From a virus, in the IMG/VR virus record IMGVR_UViG_3300021963_000027, positions 64,001-128,000 of that record: a stretch of DNA of 64,000 bases. One strand, given 5' to 3'. The notes under the pieces were generated by a model. The model made no database searches. It was not told where the DNA came from and saw nothing but the letters and a program-made list of their open reading frames with translations. The position numbers and the translations under genes were made by a program. This document shows, one piece after another, positions 39,078 through 48,240 of the stretch. The first letter of the stretch is position 1. Each line of letters opens with the position of its first letter.

Positions 39078-39899
39078 TCAATTATTTTTCTTATTTTTCA
39101 AAAAAGTCAATACTTCTTTTTCATCTGTATCAGAAACACCGTCTCTTCCAAATGGATAAATACCGAATTTTTCCTTGAAGTATTCCATGGAACTCCGAAT
39201 ATTACTCCCCCATTTCTGCATGGATTCTGGAGTCTTGATGGATGAATTTTCCTCTGAACACGCTTGCTCTTCAATGTAATTCGAAGAATTTGCCAGATCA
39301 GTCCACCACCAATAAGGAGTGGAATATCCTTTCAGGGCAAGCTCATAGCTATGGGAAACATGATCAAAAGCATTTCGGAATTGCTCATCAATCAGACCGA
39401 CATCTTCTAGACACTTGCGGGAATAGTAACAGAACGCTCCCACACAATGCTGGTTGAAAGCTAAGGAGAAATCTCCATAATCCACCACCAATCGGGGGGA
39501 TGGCTTGCCTTTGGAGATACCGTTCTTATTGGCTGGTCCGTGATAGCCGAACATCAGGTGTTGGATTCCGCTTTTCTTTGAAGCATTGATATATGCTCGA
39601 AAGATATTGGGGTCTTTGATGAGCATATCATCTTCAATTAGAAAGATGTGATCACATCCCTTATCTAAAAGATGTTGCAATGCTTGATTCTTTGAAATAG
39701 CAACGCCAGTATTGTCTGTATGCTGTATTAGATCCACAGTATTTGAATAAATTGTAGGAGTGACGGCATAAGGATTACCGTCATTCACTACAACATATTC
39801 ATCAATATGGTTAGAGCATAGCTCCAAAGATTTCCAACATTTCCAGAAAAAATCTTCTCTATCTTTGGTTATAACACCAACACCAATTTTCCCGCTCAT
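39078..39899 (-). CDS. Glycosyltransferase family 2
   Basis: IGVGVITKDR..VVNDG..GVAISKNQAL..FLIEDD..VGLIDE. Confidence 0.85.
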   Translation of the reverse strand: MSGKIGVGVITKDREDFFWKCWKSLELCSNHIDEYVVVNDGNPYAVTPTIYSNTVDLIQHTDNTGVAISKNQALQHLLDKGCDHIFLIEDDMLIKDPNIFRAYINASKKSGIQHLMFGYHGPANKNGISKGKPSPRLVVDYGDFSLAFNQHCVGAFCYYSRKCLEDVGLIDEQFRNAFDHVSHSYELALKGYSTPYWWWTDLANSSNYIEEQACSEENSSIKTPESMQKWGSNIRSSMEYFKEKFGIYPFGRDGVSDTDEKEVLTFLKNKKNN

Positions 39900-39900
39900 A

Positions 39901-41460
39901 TCAAAAATTATTAGATACTAATTCTCGGATTTCACTCAATGTCCAGTCTTTAATAAGCTCTCCATTCTTGAAAACATTCACGAATGCGCAATTTTTCACA
40001 TCATCCCAAGTCGCTTGATCTTTCATAGTGAAACCATTTTCAGTTTCATACACAGCGATCAAACCTTTGGCAGATTTTTTAAGTCCATCATCAGTTTTAG
40101 GATCTTTGAAGATTTCAATACCTTTGCGTTCACCGTTCACTAGAACTTCACCATAAGTAGATTTGACTGCAAATCCGTGAGTATCTCTAGTGATAATAGC
40201 ATCAGGATTTATAGCACCTTGATAGGTAAAGCTGCCAATACCAAAGACAATGTTAGTCGATGCAAAGCCTTTATCAGCGAGACGTTGGCAGATTTGCTCT
40301 GCGCGCTCAAGAGTAATGCTATCACCATAGATTGCTCCAATGTGAGAGTCGAGCATCTTATAGCCAGTCGAAGAGACTGTGCCACCAAAGATCTCCCAGA
40401 GGCAAACAATCAGGCCCTTACGCTCAAGTTCCGATGGCAATGTAACGCCACCGCTATAACTACGAGCATGTTCAAGGGCCGTCCATTCTTCATCAGTATA
40501 GCCAGTAACAATCTTCACTGGATCACCACTGTCAGGACGAATGACAACCTTGCCATCACGAGCCATGATCAAATCTTTAAGCTGAGCACAAATGCCGCCA
40601 TCAGGATTGACTACGTTCCAGAAGTCCCAGGTATCAGAGACGATACTGACAATGCCATTTGGATAAAGTTCGGTGATGAGACGTTTAAAAGTTCCGACTT
40701 CATCTTCAAGTCCACCCATGCACATCACACTGTGTTCCGTAGCTGAGACGCTACCACCAACGAGTTCTTTATCAGAATTTGCGTTGTAATACTCTTCAAG
40801 GTAGTCAATGGCAGGAACAGTGTCAGTTCCAGTAAATGCCAGCAAGTGACCAGCACCACTCATAACAGCGGCATCGAATCCAAAGTGTCCACGGAAACTG
40901 AAGTCATGACCTTGCCATGGCACGAAATCAATCATTTCGGGACTGGTTTTTTTGCACCACTCATTGAGAATTTTACGATACATAACTGCCGTAGTAGAAC
41001 TTGTGCATGGACCCCAAAGATTGGAACTGATGATAGTTTCGATTGCATTCGTCAACCAGAAAAAATTATCGTTAGTATTCCACATGACAAGCATGGGAAC
41101 TCTCAAATTAACAGCAGAACCTTCTGGCAATGCCCAAATTTCCAATGGGAGATGTCCAAGAGCATGAAGATCACGGATATGTTGCTCGCCAATACCATTC
41201 GGTCCGAGATAATTTTTCAGACGACGATTGTAATCAGCAACTACTTCTTCAACATCTTTTTGGAAGAATTCTTCATTCCATTCCTTAATAAGATGTTCTT
41301 TGATAAACGCTTGAAGTCCGAAGAAAATAACTTTATCAAGTCCTTTCACGCGACTACCACGAGCGGTCATATTGCTATAAACAAGCAAGCTATTTTCTGG
41401 ATATTGACGACGATGATCACATTTGTATCCATCGAAGCTGAGATGCGGTTTCTTTTTCAT
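39901..41460 (-). CDS. nadV: Nicotinamide phosphoribosyltransferase-like (Nampt/Namat)
   Basis: DGYKCDHRRQYP, HDFSFRG, SVSATEHSVM, SIVSDTWD, VIRPDSGDP, DGLKKSAKG. Confidence 0.93.
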   Translation of the reverse strand: MKKKPHLSFDGYKCDHRRQYPENSLLVYSNMTARGSRVKGLDKVIFFGLQAFIKEHLIKEWNEEFFQKDVEEVVADYNRRLKNYLGPNGIGEQHIRDLHALGHLPLEIWALPEGSAVNLRVPMLVMWNTNDNFFWLTNAIETIISSNLWGPCTSSTTAVMYRKILNEWCKKTSPEMIDFVPWQGHDFSFRGHFGFDAAVMSGAGHLLAFTGTDTVPAIDYLEEYYNANSDKELVGGSVSATEHSVMCMGGLEDEVGTFKRLITELYPNGIVSIVSDTWDFWNVVNPDGGICAQLKDLIMARDGKVVIRPDSGDPVKIVTGYTDEEWTALEHARSYSGGVTLPSELERKGLIVCLWEIFGGTVSSTGYKMLDSHIGAIYGDSITLERAEQICQRLADKGFASTNIVFGIGSFTYQGAINPDAIITRDTHGFAVKSTYGEVLVNGERKGIEIFKDPKTDDGLKKSAKGLIAVYETENGFTMKDQATWDDVKNCAFVNVFKNGELIKDWTLSEIRELVSNNF

Positions 41461-41462
41461 AT

Positions 41463-41873
41463 TTATTTTGTATTTTTGTTTATTTTTTCTAAGAGTATTT
41501 CTAAAGTTTCTAGAGCTTGTCCTAAACCCGCTCTATCACAAAGTAAAAGATTATAGTAAATCTTACCATCGTTTCCAATTTTGTCTAGTAAATTTTTGTT
41601 AAGTCCTTCAATTTTAATAAGGTTGTCTTCAAAAAATTGTTCAATTTTTTCAAATCTTTCTTTCTCCGAAGCAGTGAAAACAATTAATTTGAAATTATTT
41701 TCATTACATCTTTTCAAGATATTGATAACTTCTGAGGTATCATAATCGTCTTTATAAGGGCAAACTGTGTCATCAAAGTCTACTGCAATAATTAAAGAGT
41801 TATGCTCTTTCCATTGTTGGAATAATCTCTCTGCACAATTTTCAGATTTCGTAAAAGGATGATTATATCTCAT
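41463..41873 (-). CDS. HAD-superfamily hydrolase-like protein
   Basis: IIAVDFDDTV, LIVFTAS, KIYYNLLLCDR. Confidence 0.75.
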   Translation of the reverse strand: MRYNHPFTKSENCAERLFQQWKEHNSLIIAVDFDDTVCPYKDDYDTSEVINILKRCNENNFKLIVFTASEKERFEKIEQFFEDNLIKIEGLNKNLLDKIGNDGKIYYNLLLCDRAGLGQALETLEILLEKINKNTK

Positions 41874-42799
41874 CAGTATTTGATTTTATAAGTTGTCAAA
41901 TCAGCGAATTTTAAGATATCTGACCAATTTTGCTTACTATTGGTCGTGAAAACGAAGTCAAATTTACGTGAAACATTTTCAACCCCTTCTTGGCAATCAC
42001 TGTGCGTAGTGAACAATCCCAAAGAACCACATTTTTTCTCTCTCAATTTTTCAGCAAGACCTAAGAATGTCCCACCTTTACAATTGATATCATCGATTAT
42101 CAATGTCGGTGCGCCCTCAACAAGTCCTTCACCAACGTAAAATTCTTTCAAAGAACCATCTTTAACGTCTCGAATTTTTTCACATCGAACGAGATGATAA
42201 TGATGAGTTCTATCTTGATTGGATAGATATTCAATGATTTTCTGAACTCTTTTACCAGCACCAGCATCAGGACATACGATATTAACATCCTTACCATTCG
42301 ACATTTGCAAAACGCTTTGCAACATGAATTCACGTTCATCTAAAATATGAACATTGTTGATCAATGCTGGTGTGACATCACTATGCGGACACAGAATAGA
42401 TACCTTATCGAATCCACAAGAGTTGATCATATCTGCGAAGATTTTCAAAGTAAAGGCTTCTCCTGTATTGCAGATTCTATCTTGTCTTGCCGCTGGGAAA
42501 TAGGGTATAAACAATTCAATATTTTTAATTCCCATACGACGAACAGCATCATTGGCTATTACGATATCGATCAAATCGGACACCGAATTGATACGATGCG
42601 TGATCACCATATTACCATTATATAATGGTGATTCGATTTTAAAATTTGGTTCTCCTGCTGGAAAAAGTCCTTTGGAAAAATTAACTTTAAAAATTCCATT
42701 AAAATAATCCGCAAAAGGATCAAAATTTTGATCCAGATTGAGAACATAAAGCTCCTCACTTTCGTTTTTCCAAGTAATGTGATTTTGTTGTTTCGTCAT
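41873..42799 (-). CDS. prs: Ribose-phosphate pyrophosphokinase-like (Prs/Adps)
   Basis: FPAGE, IPYFPAARQDR, CPDAGAGKR, IIDDINCKGGTF. Confidence 0.9.
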   Translation of the reverse strand: MTKQQNHITWKNESEELYVLNLDQNFDPFADYFNGIFKVNFSKGLFPAGEPNFKIESPLYNGNMVITHRINSVSDLIDIVIANDAVRRMGIKNIELFIPYFPAARQDRICNTGEAFTLKIFADMINSCGFDKVSILCPHSDVTPALINNVHILDEREFMLQSVLQMSNGKDVNIVCPDAGAGKRVQKIIEYLSNQDRTHHYHLVRCEKIRDVKDGSLKEFYVGEGLVEGAPTLIIDDINCKGGTFLGLAEKLREKKCGSLGLFTTHSDCQEGVENVSRKFDFVFTTNSKQNWSDILKFADLTTYKIKY

Positions 42800-42820
42800 G
42801 TTGCGATTGTAATCTAGTTT

Positions 42821-43558
42821 TTAAATTTTGAAATTCTTGATCTGATTCGTCAGATTCTTGAATTGGTTATCTTTTTCCATCCATTGACTCTGTTCTCTCA
42901 GCATTTCTTCCATCATGTCTAGATTTTTAGGATCAAGGACACTTTCTTGTGTTTCAATCAATTCGCCTTTTTGGTCGATAAATTCTCCTACCCAAGCAAT
43001 TCGATCATCGAGATTCGGGATATTTTCAATGGGGATAATTGCTGGCATATCGTCAGCAATGAAGAATGGTGTGTTCTCCAGATGATCAGAATATTGCTCA
43101 TAAAGACCTGAAAAGATGTCGTCAATCTCCTTGATATAATTCAAATTAGTATCGCGTAATCCATCTTCCACGACTTTGATGGTGGGATCGTATTTAATCC
43201 AAAAAATAATATCAAGGTTCTTTAGAGAACGTCGAACAATATCTACAGTAATTCCGAGAACATCTTCCGACACCAAATCTTTTTCCGTGGCATGAAGCGT
43301 GTATGCCAAATTATCCAAAGGACAACGATCATACACGACATATTTCTCATCCTTATTAACTTCTAGGGTCTGTGTCATCCAATCCAAGATAAGCAATTGT
43401 GTCTCTGCCGTGGTATTGGAAGAATGTTTCAAATCTTTTTCTTTGATAATATCTCTGTATGTTTTCAACGGTGTTTTATACATCTGCCATTTCTGTAAAA
43501 ATGACTTGATTAATGTGCTTTTCCCGACATTACCGCTACCACTAAACGCAATTTTCAT
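42821..43558 (-). CDS. P-loop nucleotide kinase-like protein (AAA_28/NadR-type or dNMP kinase)
   Basis: MKIAFSGSGNVGKSTL, YDRCPLDNLAY. Confidence 0.75.
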   Translation of the reverse strand: MKIAFSGSGNVGKSTLIKSFLQKWQMYKTPLKTYRDIIKEKDLKHSSNTTAETQLLILDWMTQTLEVNKDEKYVVYDRCPLDNLAYTLHATEKDLVSEDVLGITVDIVRRSLKNLDIIFWIKYDPTIKVVEDGLRDTNLNYIKEIDDIFSGLYEQYSDHLENTPFFIADDMPAIIPIENIPNLDDRIAWVGEFIDQKGELIETQESVLDPKNLDMMEEMLREQSQWMEKDNQFKNLTNQIKNFKI

Positions 43559-43565
43559 ATTAATT

Positions 43566-43593
43566 AATTTACCACCATATTCTCAGAAATCAA
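43566..43593 (-). promoter_or_regulatory. sigma70-type promoter for the kinase-NAD-glycosyltransferase operon
   Basis: TTGATT-N16-TAAATT on the minus strand; ATG 7 nt after the -10. Confidence 0.65.
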
Positions 43594-43619
43594 GTGATTT
43601 TTGTTAAATAATAATACAT

Positions 43620-44360
43620 ATGTCAGTTAAAAAGACACCTCCTCGTAAGAGGAAAGAGCGGGATGTGACAGAGGAATTTACCGAACACATCAAAAAGGGG
43701 TTTGATCTATCAAATTTATATTTGAAAAATAATTATCCAATGACTGATAACCAACAGAAATTTTATTATATGTCGCAAAGTCCGAGGAATAATATGGTTT
43801 TTGTCAACGGACCAGCAGGGAGTGCAAAGACTCACTTAGCTGTATTTTCAGCACTAGAACTTCTAAGGAGTGGACATGTTGATAAAATCATCTACATTCG
43901 TTCCGTGGTAGAGAGTTCTTCACGTTCGATTGGATTTCTAAAAGGGGATGAGAATGAGAAGTTCTTACCTTATATTATGCCAATGTTGGATAAATTAAAT
44001 GAAATTTTATCTAAAGCAGATATTACTCATTTGATGGATAACGAATACATTAAAGCAATACCAGTGAACTTTGTAAGGGGTCTTACCTTCCATCGCTGTG
44101 CTGTCATTATTGACGAAGCACAAAACATGACAAGGGGAGAGCTAACCACCATCCTCACACGTTTTGGTAAACATTCTCGATACTTCGTGTTGGGTGATGC
44201 TGCTCAAGCAGATATCAAGGATTCAGGATTTATTTCCGTATATGAATCTTTTGATACCGATTTCTCAAGAAAAAATGAGATCCAATGTGTCGAATTCGAC
44301 ACGAGTGATATCGTGAGATCGCAAATACTCAAGCATATCACCGCAGTACTCAAGGTGTAA
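43620..44360 (+). CDS. phoH: PhoH-like ATPase
   Basis: GPAGSAKT, IGFLKGD, RGLTF, IIDEAQN, RFG, GD..Q.D, DIVRS. Confidence 0.95.
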   Translation: MSVKKTPPRKRKERDVTEEFTEHIKKGFDLSNLYLKNNYPMTDNQQKFYYMSQSPRNNMVFVNGPAGSAKTHLAVFSALELLRSGHVDKIIYIRSVVESSSRSIGFLKGDENEKFLPYIMPMLDKLNEILSKADITHLMDNEYIKAIPVNFVRGLTFHRCAVIIDEAQNMTRGELTTILTRFGKHSRYFVLGDAAQADIKDSGFISVYESFDTDFSRKNEIQCVEFDTSDIVRSQILKHITAVLKV

Positions 44361-44531
44361 TTACTTCGCCCCCCAAGAAGTTCCGTTAAACCACGAAAGA
44401 CCTTTTGGATTTTCCAAAGTTGGTTGTGGTTTTTCTTCTTTGATTGGTTGCTCGACAGCTTTCGGCGTTTCTTCTTCACCGTTTACGATCTTAAAATTCT
44501 CATCCTCTTTCACCACGATTTCTATGTTCAT
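44361..44531 (-). CDS. Small hypothetical late protein
   Basis: TATAAATA followed by ATG 44531 after 5 nt. Confidence 0.45.
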   Translation of the reverse strand: MNIEIVVKEDENFKIVNGEEETPKAVEQPIKEEKPQPTLENPKGLSWFNGTSWGAK

Positions 44532-44559
44532 GGTGATATTTATAGGCTTCAATTATTTG

Positions 44560-45117
44560 TCAAGGATTTCTTTGTTGAGAAGTTTGTTCTCCCTCTGGTC
44601 TAGCTGTTTCATCCCAATATTGATCCTGATTATTTAGTTTCATGAATACGTCCGTTCTAGGTTTGATAACCCATTCAAAGATATCTTTATCTTTATCAAA
44701 AAGAATAATTGCTTGAGGATATCTATATTTTTTACCAGCAACAGATTCACCTTCTGGTGTAACACCTTTTTGAGCCACTTTAACCAGATAGTGCTGCCCC
44801 TTTGGGGTATTTTTTCCAGTTTTAATTTTTTCATTAGGAATTGGCACTATACCTTGTTCATCCATCCAATCCAAAATTCTTTCTTCTATAGTTTGATAGG
44901 CTTGACCCACTCTTTGTATAATACCTCTACCTGCTGATCTTATATTAGCAAGTTTAGAGCTAGTATCAGGCGCGACAACTTTACCAAATTCTTTACCTAA
45001 TTGATAAGCTGATTTAGCAAATCTACCGATTTTAGAATTGGCGACTTTTGCTTTAGTTTTTTTAAAAGAATCCCAAAGTCCTTCTTCCAATAATTCTCTT
45101 TGTGATAACTTATACAT
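44560..45117 (-). CDS. Hypothetical basic protein
   Basis: 185 aa, LLEEGLWDSF N-terminal pattern. Confidence 0.6.
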   Translation of the reverse strand: MYKLSQRELLEEGLWDSFKKTKAKVANSKIGRFAKSAYQLGKEFGKVVAPDTSSKLANIRSAGRGIIQRVGQAYQTIEERILDWMDEQGIVPIPNEKIKTGKNTPKGQHYLVKVAQKGVTPEGESVAGKKYRYPQAIILFDKDKDIFEWVIKPRTDVFMKLNNQDQYWDETARPEGEQTSQQRNP

Positions 45118-45568
45118 CGACTGATAATTGTTTGTCTGCTACATTATTTAATGCCACATCAATTAGGGCATCCAATTCATTTTTAATAAAGTCTTTCCCG
45201 ATCAAAACCTTGTGATCATTTGTGGATCGATTACTAATAGAAAAGGGGATACTTTTAAATTTTTTACCCCCTATGACGCAATCGAAAAGACACACAGGTC
45301 TTTCAACAGTATTTCCTTCTCCGATATTAATTATAATTGTATCTTCTGTGGGTTTTTCTAATCTCATGGAATTGGTGGTTGTGAATCTTACTATCTTCTC
45401 GCCTGTTTTCTTATCCTTGCCAAATTCAACATCTTCTCCATGTAATACATTGTAAGCACCGTTACCAGTATCCAATTTAGCGGAAATAGTCCCGACACCA
45501 TCAACAATGATATCTTCTACTAGACCGAAGATATTTTTTTCCACAAAGAATTGTTTGAAACTTGTCAT
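45110..45568 (-). CDS. Retropepsin-like (RimK-associated / putative ATP-dependent zinc protease family) protease
   Basis: AKLDTGNG..LH...ERPV..F..SNR..HKVLIGKDFI; N-terminus MTSFKQFFVE. Confidence 0.8.
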   Translation of the reverse strand: MTSFKQFFVEKNIFGLVEDIIVDGVGTISAKLDTGNGAYNVLHGEDVEFGKDKKTGEKIVRFTTTNSMRLEKPTEDTIIINIGEGNTVERPVCLFDCVIGGKKFKSIPFSISNRSTNDHKVLIGKDFIKNELDALIDVALNNVADKQLSVDV

Positions 45569-45583
45569 TCATTTATAAAATTA

Positions 45584-46051
45584 TTAATAATCACGGGACT
45601 GATCGAAACCAGTATTCGCAAAATCAGCTTTAGCATCAAGACGATGCCAAACATCGGAAACATAAGTCGAAGAAATAGTAATCGCTGAAACCATCCAATC
45701 TTCAAATTCACAATCGTTTCTCATTTCATACAAACGATTAGCATATTCAGCGAGTTTTTTCAACTCAGATACAAGAACCTCATTGACTTCATGTTTTTCC
45801 ACAGGACTAATTGGATCAAATTCCATAACCATCCCATGTGCTTCAGGCTCATCGTCGTCACCGAAGTCATCACCCTCACTATCAAATCCACCCTCACCGA
45901 AATCTGGATCATCGTCCATCATTCCATAATCATCATCATCACCCATGTCATCACCAAAGTCATCATCCATCTCGTCATCGAATCTTTCGTTCATAACTCC
46001 ACCACGGAAAGATTCCCAAATCACTTTATTTTCTTCTCCTTTGAATTTCAT
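45584..46051 (-). CDS. Acidic hypothetical protein
   Basis: DDDFGD-type low-complexity repeats; TAAATA 5 nt upstream. Confidence 0.6.
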   Translation of the reverse strand: MKFKGEENKVIWESFRGGVMNERFDDEMDDDFGDDMGDDDDYGMMDDDPDFGEGGFDSEGDDFGDDDEPEAHGMVMEFDPISPVEKHEVNEVLVSELKKLAEYANRLYEMRNDCEFEDWMVSAITISSTYVSDVWHRLDAKADFANTGFDQSRDY

Positions 46052-46059
46052 AATATTAT

Positions 46060-46473
46060 TTAGTCAATCGCGTTTAAATTCTGTGCTTCTTCTTTATCAT
46101 TCTGAATTGCGTTGATAATTGGTAGAATTTCTTCTTCATAAAATTCTTTACCAGTCTTTCCAGTCTGTTGTAGTAATTTTTGAGCCTCGTCATCATCCTG
46201 CAAAGCAACTTCAAGTTCTTTCAGATTTGATTTATCTGCTTCTGACACGTTAGTAGTTGTTGCGTATAACAATGCCATCACAACATGCTTAATGTAATTA
46301 ATTTCTGCTATGGAAGTCAGAGGAACAGGATTAGCTTCTTCCGCTGGTGGTGCTTCAGGTGCTGGTTGCCCCTCTTGAGGAGGTGCTTGTTCCATACCAG
46401 CATTAGGATCTTGCTCGTCTTGTTCAAGAAGACGACTATATTTTTCAATTAATTGTAATGTTTTTGATTTCAT
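46060..46473 (-). CDS. Hypothetical protein
   Basis: P/A/E linker (APPQEGQPAPEAPPAEE); ATG 46473 just after the upstream stop. Confidence 0.6.
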   Translation of the reverse strand: MKSKTLQLIEKYSRLLEQDEQDPNAGMEQAPPQEGQPAPEAPPAEEANPVPLTSIAEINYIKHVVMALLYATTTNVSEADKSNLKELEVALQDDDEAQKLLQQTGKTGKEFYEEEILPIINAIQNDKEEAQNLNAID

Positions 46474-46474
46474 A

Positions 46475-46939
46475 TTAATAAGTTCTTCCAACTGCGGATT
46501 GTTTTACTGCTTGTAATCCTTTTTTAATTCTCACGGAACCTTTTCTGTAAGCATCAACAGCTTGTCCAGCAAGATTTTGTCTTTCTTTAACTGCTGATTT
46601 TGCTTTTTGTGCGGAAGTGCCAAACAATTTACCTGCAAGACCTTTCAAGCCACTGGAAGCTTTACCTGCCAAACCTTCAACTTCTTTATCGACTTCATAC
46701 GTACCTGTTCCAGCATCAATAGATTCGTCTTCTTCAGCGTATTTTTTCTTTTTGAGACGTTTTTTCTTTTCATGCAAGAGCATTTTAGCTTTGAAAGCAT
46801 CTTCCCTTTTCTGCTCATTAGCTGGATCATATTGCTCCAGAATTTCTAAAAATTTGCTTTTTTTAGCTTTGGAAGAATCATCCATTTTACGCTTAGTAGC
46901 TGGATCATGTTCTTCGATAATTTTCAAAAATTTATTCAT
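46475..46939 (-). CDS. Hypothetical protein with duplicated N-terminus
   Basis: NKFLKIIEEHDPA..KAK / SKFLEILEQYDPA..KAK, 27-aa tandem. Confidence 0.6.
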   Translation of the reverse strand: MNKFLKIIEEHDPATKRKMDDSSKAKKSKFLEILEQYDPANEQKREDAFKAKMLLHEKKKRLKKKKYAEEDESIDAGTGTYEVDKEVEGLAGKASSGLKGLAGKLFGTSAQKAKSAVKERQNLAGQAVDAYRKGSVRIKKGLQAVKQSAVGRTY

Positions 46940-46943
46940 AGCA

Positions 46944-47441
46944 TTATTTAATCAAAATAGTCATCTTATTGACAACTTCTTGGAAATATTGCTCATTGAG
47001 AAAAGTCAGACCCTCTTTCTCCAAATATTTAGATATTTTTCGGAATGATGGTGTTTTTCTATTTTGAAATGCTGATTCAAATTCTGAGATAACTTCAGCA
47101 TTCCAAATTTTCAAAAGATATTCTAATTTTTCAAAGTCGAAATTCTTCTCGATGATATTGATTTTGAAAATTCTACGAACTTTTTTCAAAAGCTGATTGC
47201 GGAATTTATCCTTTGTCAGTGTATTGGAGAAAAATACAAAATCTTGTCGTGTATATTTCAAAAATTCGGTGAATGTCTTGATGAATTCATGAGTATACAA
47301 TTTCTGGTTATTTCTTTTAGAGAAATCAAAAGTTGTAGTCAATCCTAGACTTTCCAGAAGAGTTGCGAAATTTTCATTTGTTTCTTTGAAAACCTCATCA
47401 ATATCGATGATTTTCTTATTTTGAAAATAAATTCTACTCAC
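46944..47441 (-). CDS. Hypothetical protein
   Basis: 165-aa ORF overlapping the upstream gene by 4 nt. Confidence 0.55.
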   Translation of the reverse strand: MSRIYFQNKKIIDIDEVFKETNENFATLLESLGLTTTFDFSKRNNQKLYTHEFIKTFTEFLKYTRQDFVFFSNTLTKDKFRNQLLKKVRRIFKINIIEKNFDFEKLEYLLKIWNAEVISEFESAFQNRKTPSFRKISKYLEKEGLTFLNEQYFQEVVNKMTILIK

Positions 47442-47902
47442 AACCCAAGAGTAACAGGGTCACGTTCGATGTCAACATAATTTTTGGGAATGACACCTAA
47501 GCGGACATTTAGAATGCCATTGTAGTATTTTTGATCCATCAATGCATTGCATTTAATTTGCCAAATCAATTCTCCGTAGGTCATATGGAATTTTGATTGA
47601 CAGACTTCTATCACTTCTCTGGAAAAATGCTCAATACCGTATTTCTCAATGTCTGCAAGCAATTCCTTGGACGATCCCCAATACTTTTCAACATCGTTGT
47701 CCACATAAGAAATTCTATTGCGTGTCTTACCTTTCAATGGTTTCCTTTTTACTTTCTTGAGCAATTTCTTTTGCCCAATGTAGTATTTTTTCTTGGAATC
47801 TGGATGATTATTGCGAATGAGGTAAACAAATCCTACAACACCTTCCGTATCGGTTGGGAAATTTTTCCATGAGCTTTGGGGTTGACTTTCTGATTTTTGC
47901 AT
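47438..47902 (-). CDS. GIY-YIG-fold protein
   Basis: GFVYLIRN..KYYIGQK..YWGSS..I..G.E.F.REVI..YYNG. Confidence 0.75.
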   Translation of the reverse strand: MQKSESQPQSSWKNFPTDTEGVVGFVYLIRNNHPDSKKKYYIGQKKLLKKVKRKPLKGKTRNRISYVDNDVEKYWGSSKELLADIEKYGIEHFSREVIEVCQSKFHMTYGELIWQIKCNALMDQKYYNGILNVRLGVIPKNYVDIERDPVTLGL

Positions 47903-48140
47903 TTATATTTAATTATAATTGATTCTGATTTATTATATTTATTGTACATTAATCTTAATCAATAGATAATGATAAGAAGATTGATTTTAATTAATTTTTT
48001 TTCTTTTGTTTCTTTCTTTAGTTATCTTTAATCATAGTTAATATCTAATCTATATCTAATAATAAGATAATTAATTATAATAATAGAATAGCCATTGACA
48101 AATGAATATGGTGTGTATAATTAATGGGAGGGGGGTGGGA
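47903..48140. other. Very AT-rich strand-switch region with promoter and G-tract (candidate origin)
   Basis: ~190 nt almost only A/T between divergent blocks, TTGACA 48095-48100, TATAAT 48116-48121, GGGAGGGGGGTGGG 48126-48139. Confidence 0.45.
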
Positions 48141-48206
48141 ATAGATGTACAATATAATAAGGAAATTTAGTTAAATTTAATCGCCAGAAAATTGAAAAAC
48201 ATCCGT

Positions 48207-48234
48207 TTGACATCCAAAAAATTTGTGCTACATT
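48207..48234 (+). promoter_or_regulatory. sigma70-type early promoter
   Basis: TTGACA-N16-TACATT with TGTGC before the -10; ATG 48241 lies 6 nt downstream. Confidence 0.75.
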
Positions 48235-48240
48235 CCAAAC

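Noticed and set aside
40200-40900. Locally higher GC in nadV as evidence of recent transfer
   Set aside because: Similar codon style appears in other highly expressed genes such as gp23; it was not quantified, so not claimed
45840-45990. CATCATC/GATGAT short repeats
   Set aside because: They encode the Asp-rich DDDFGD linker; there are no constant repeats with unique spacers, so this is not a CRISPR array
47438-47902. A fourth mobile homing endonuclease
   Set aside because: Only the GIY-YIG-like domain is present, with no DNA-binding tail or insertion scar, so it is more likely a resident T4-like gene
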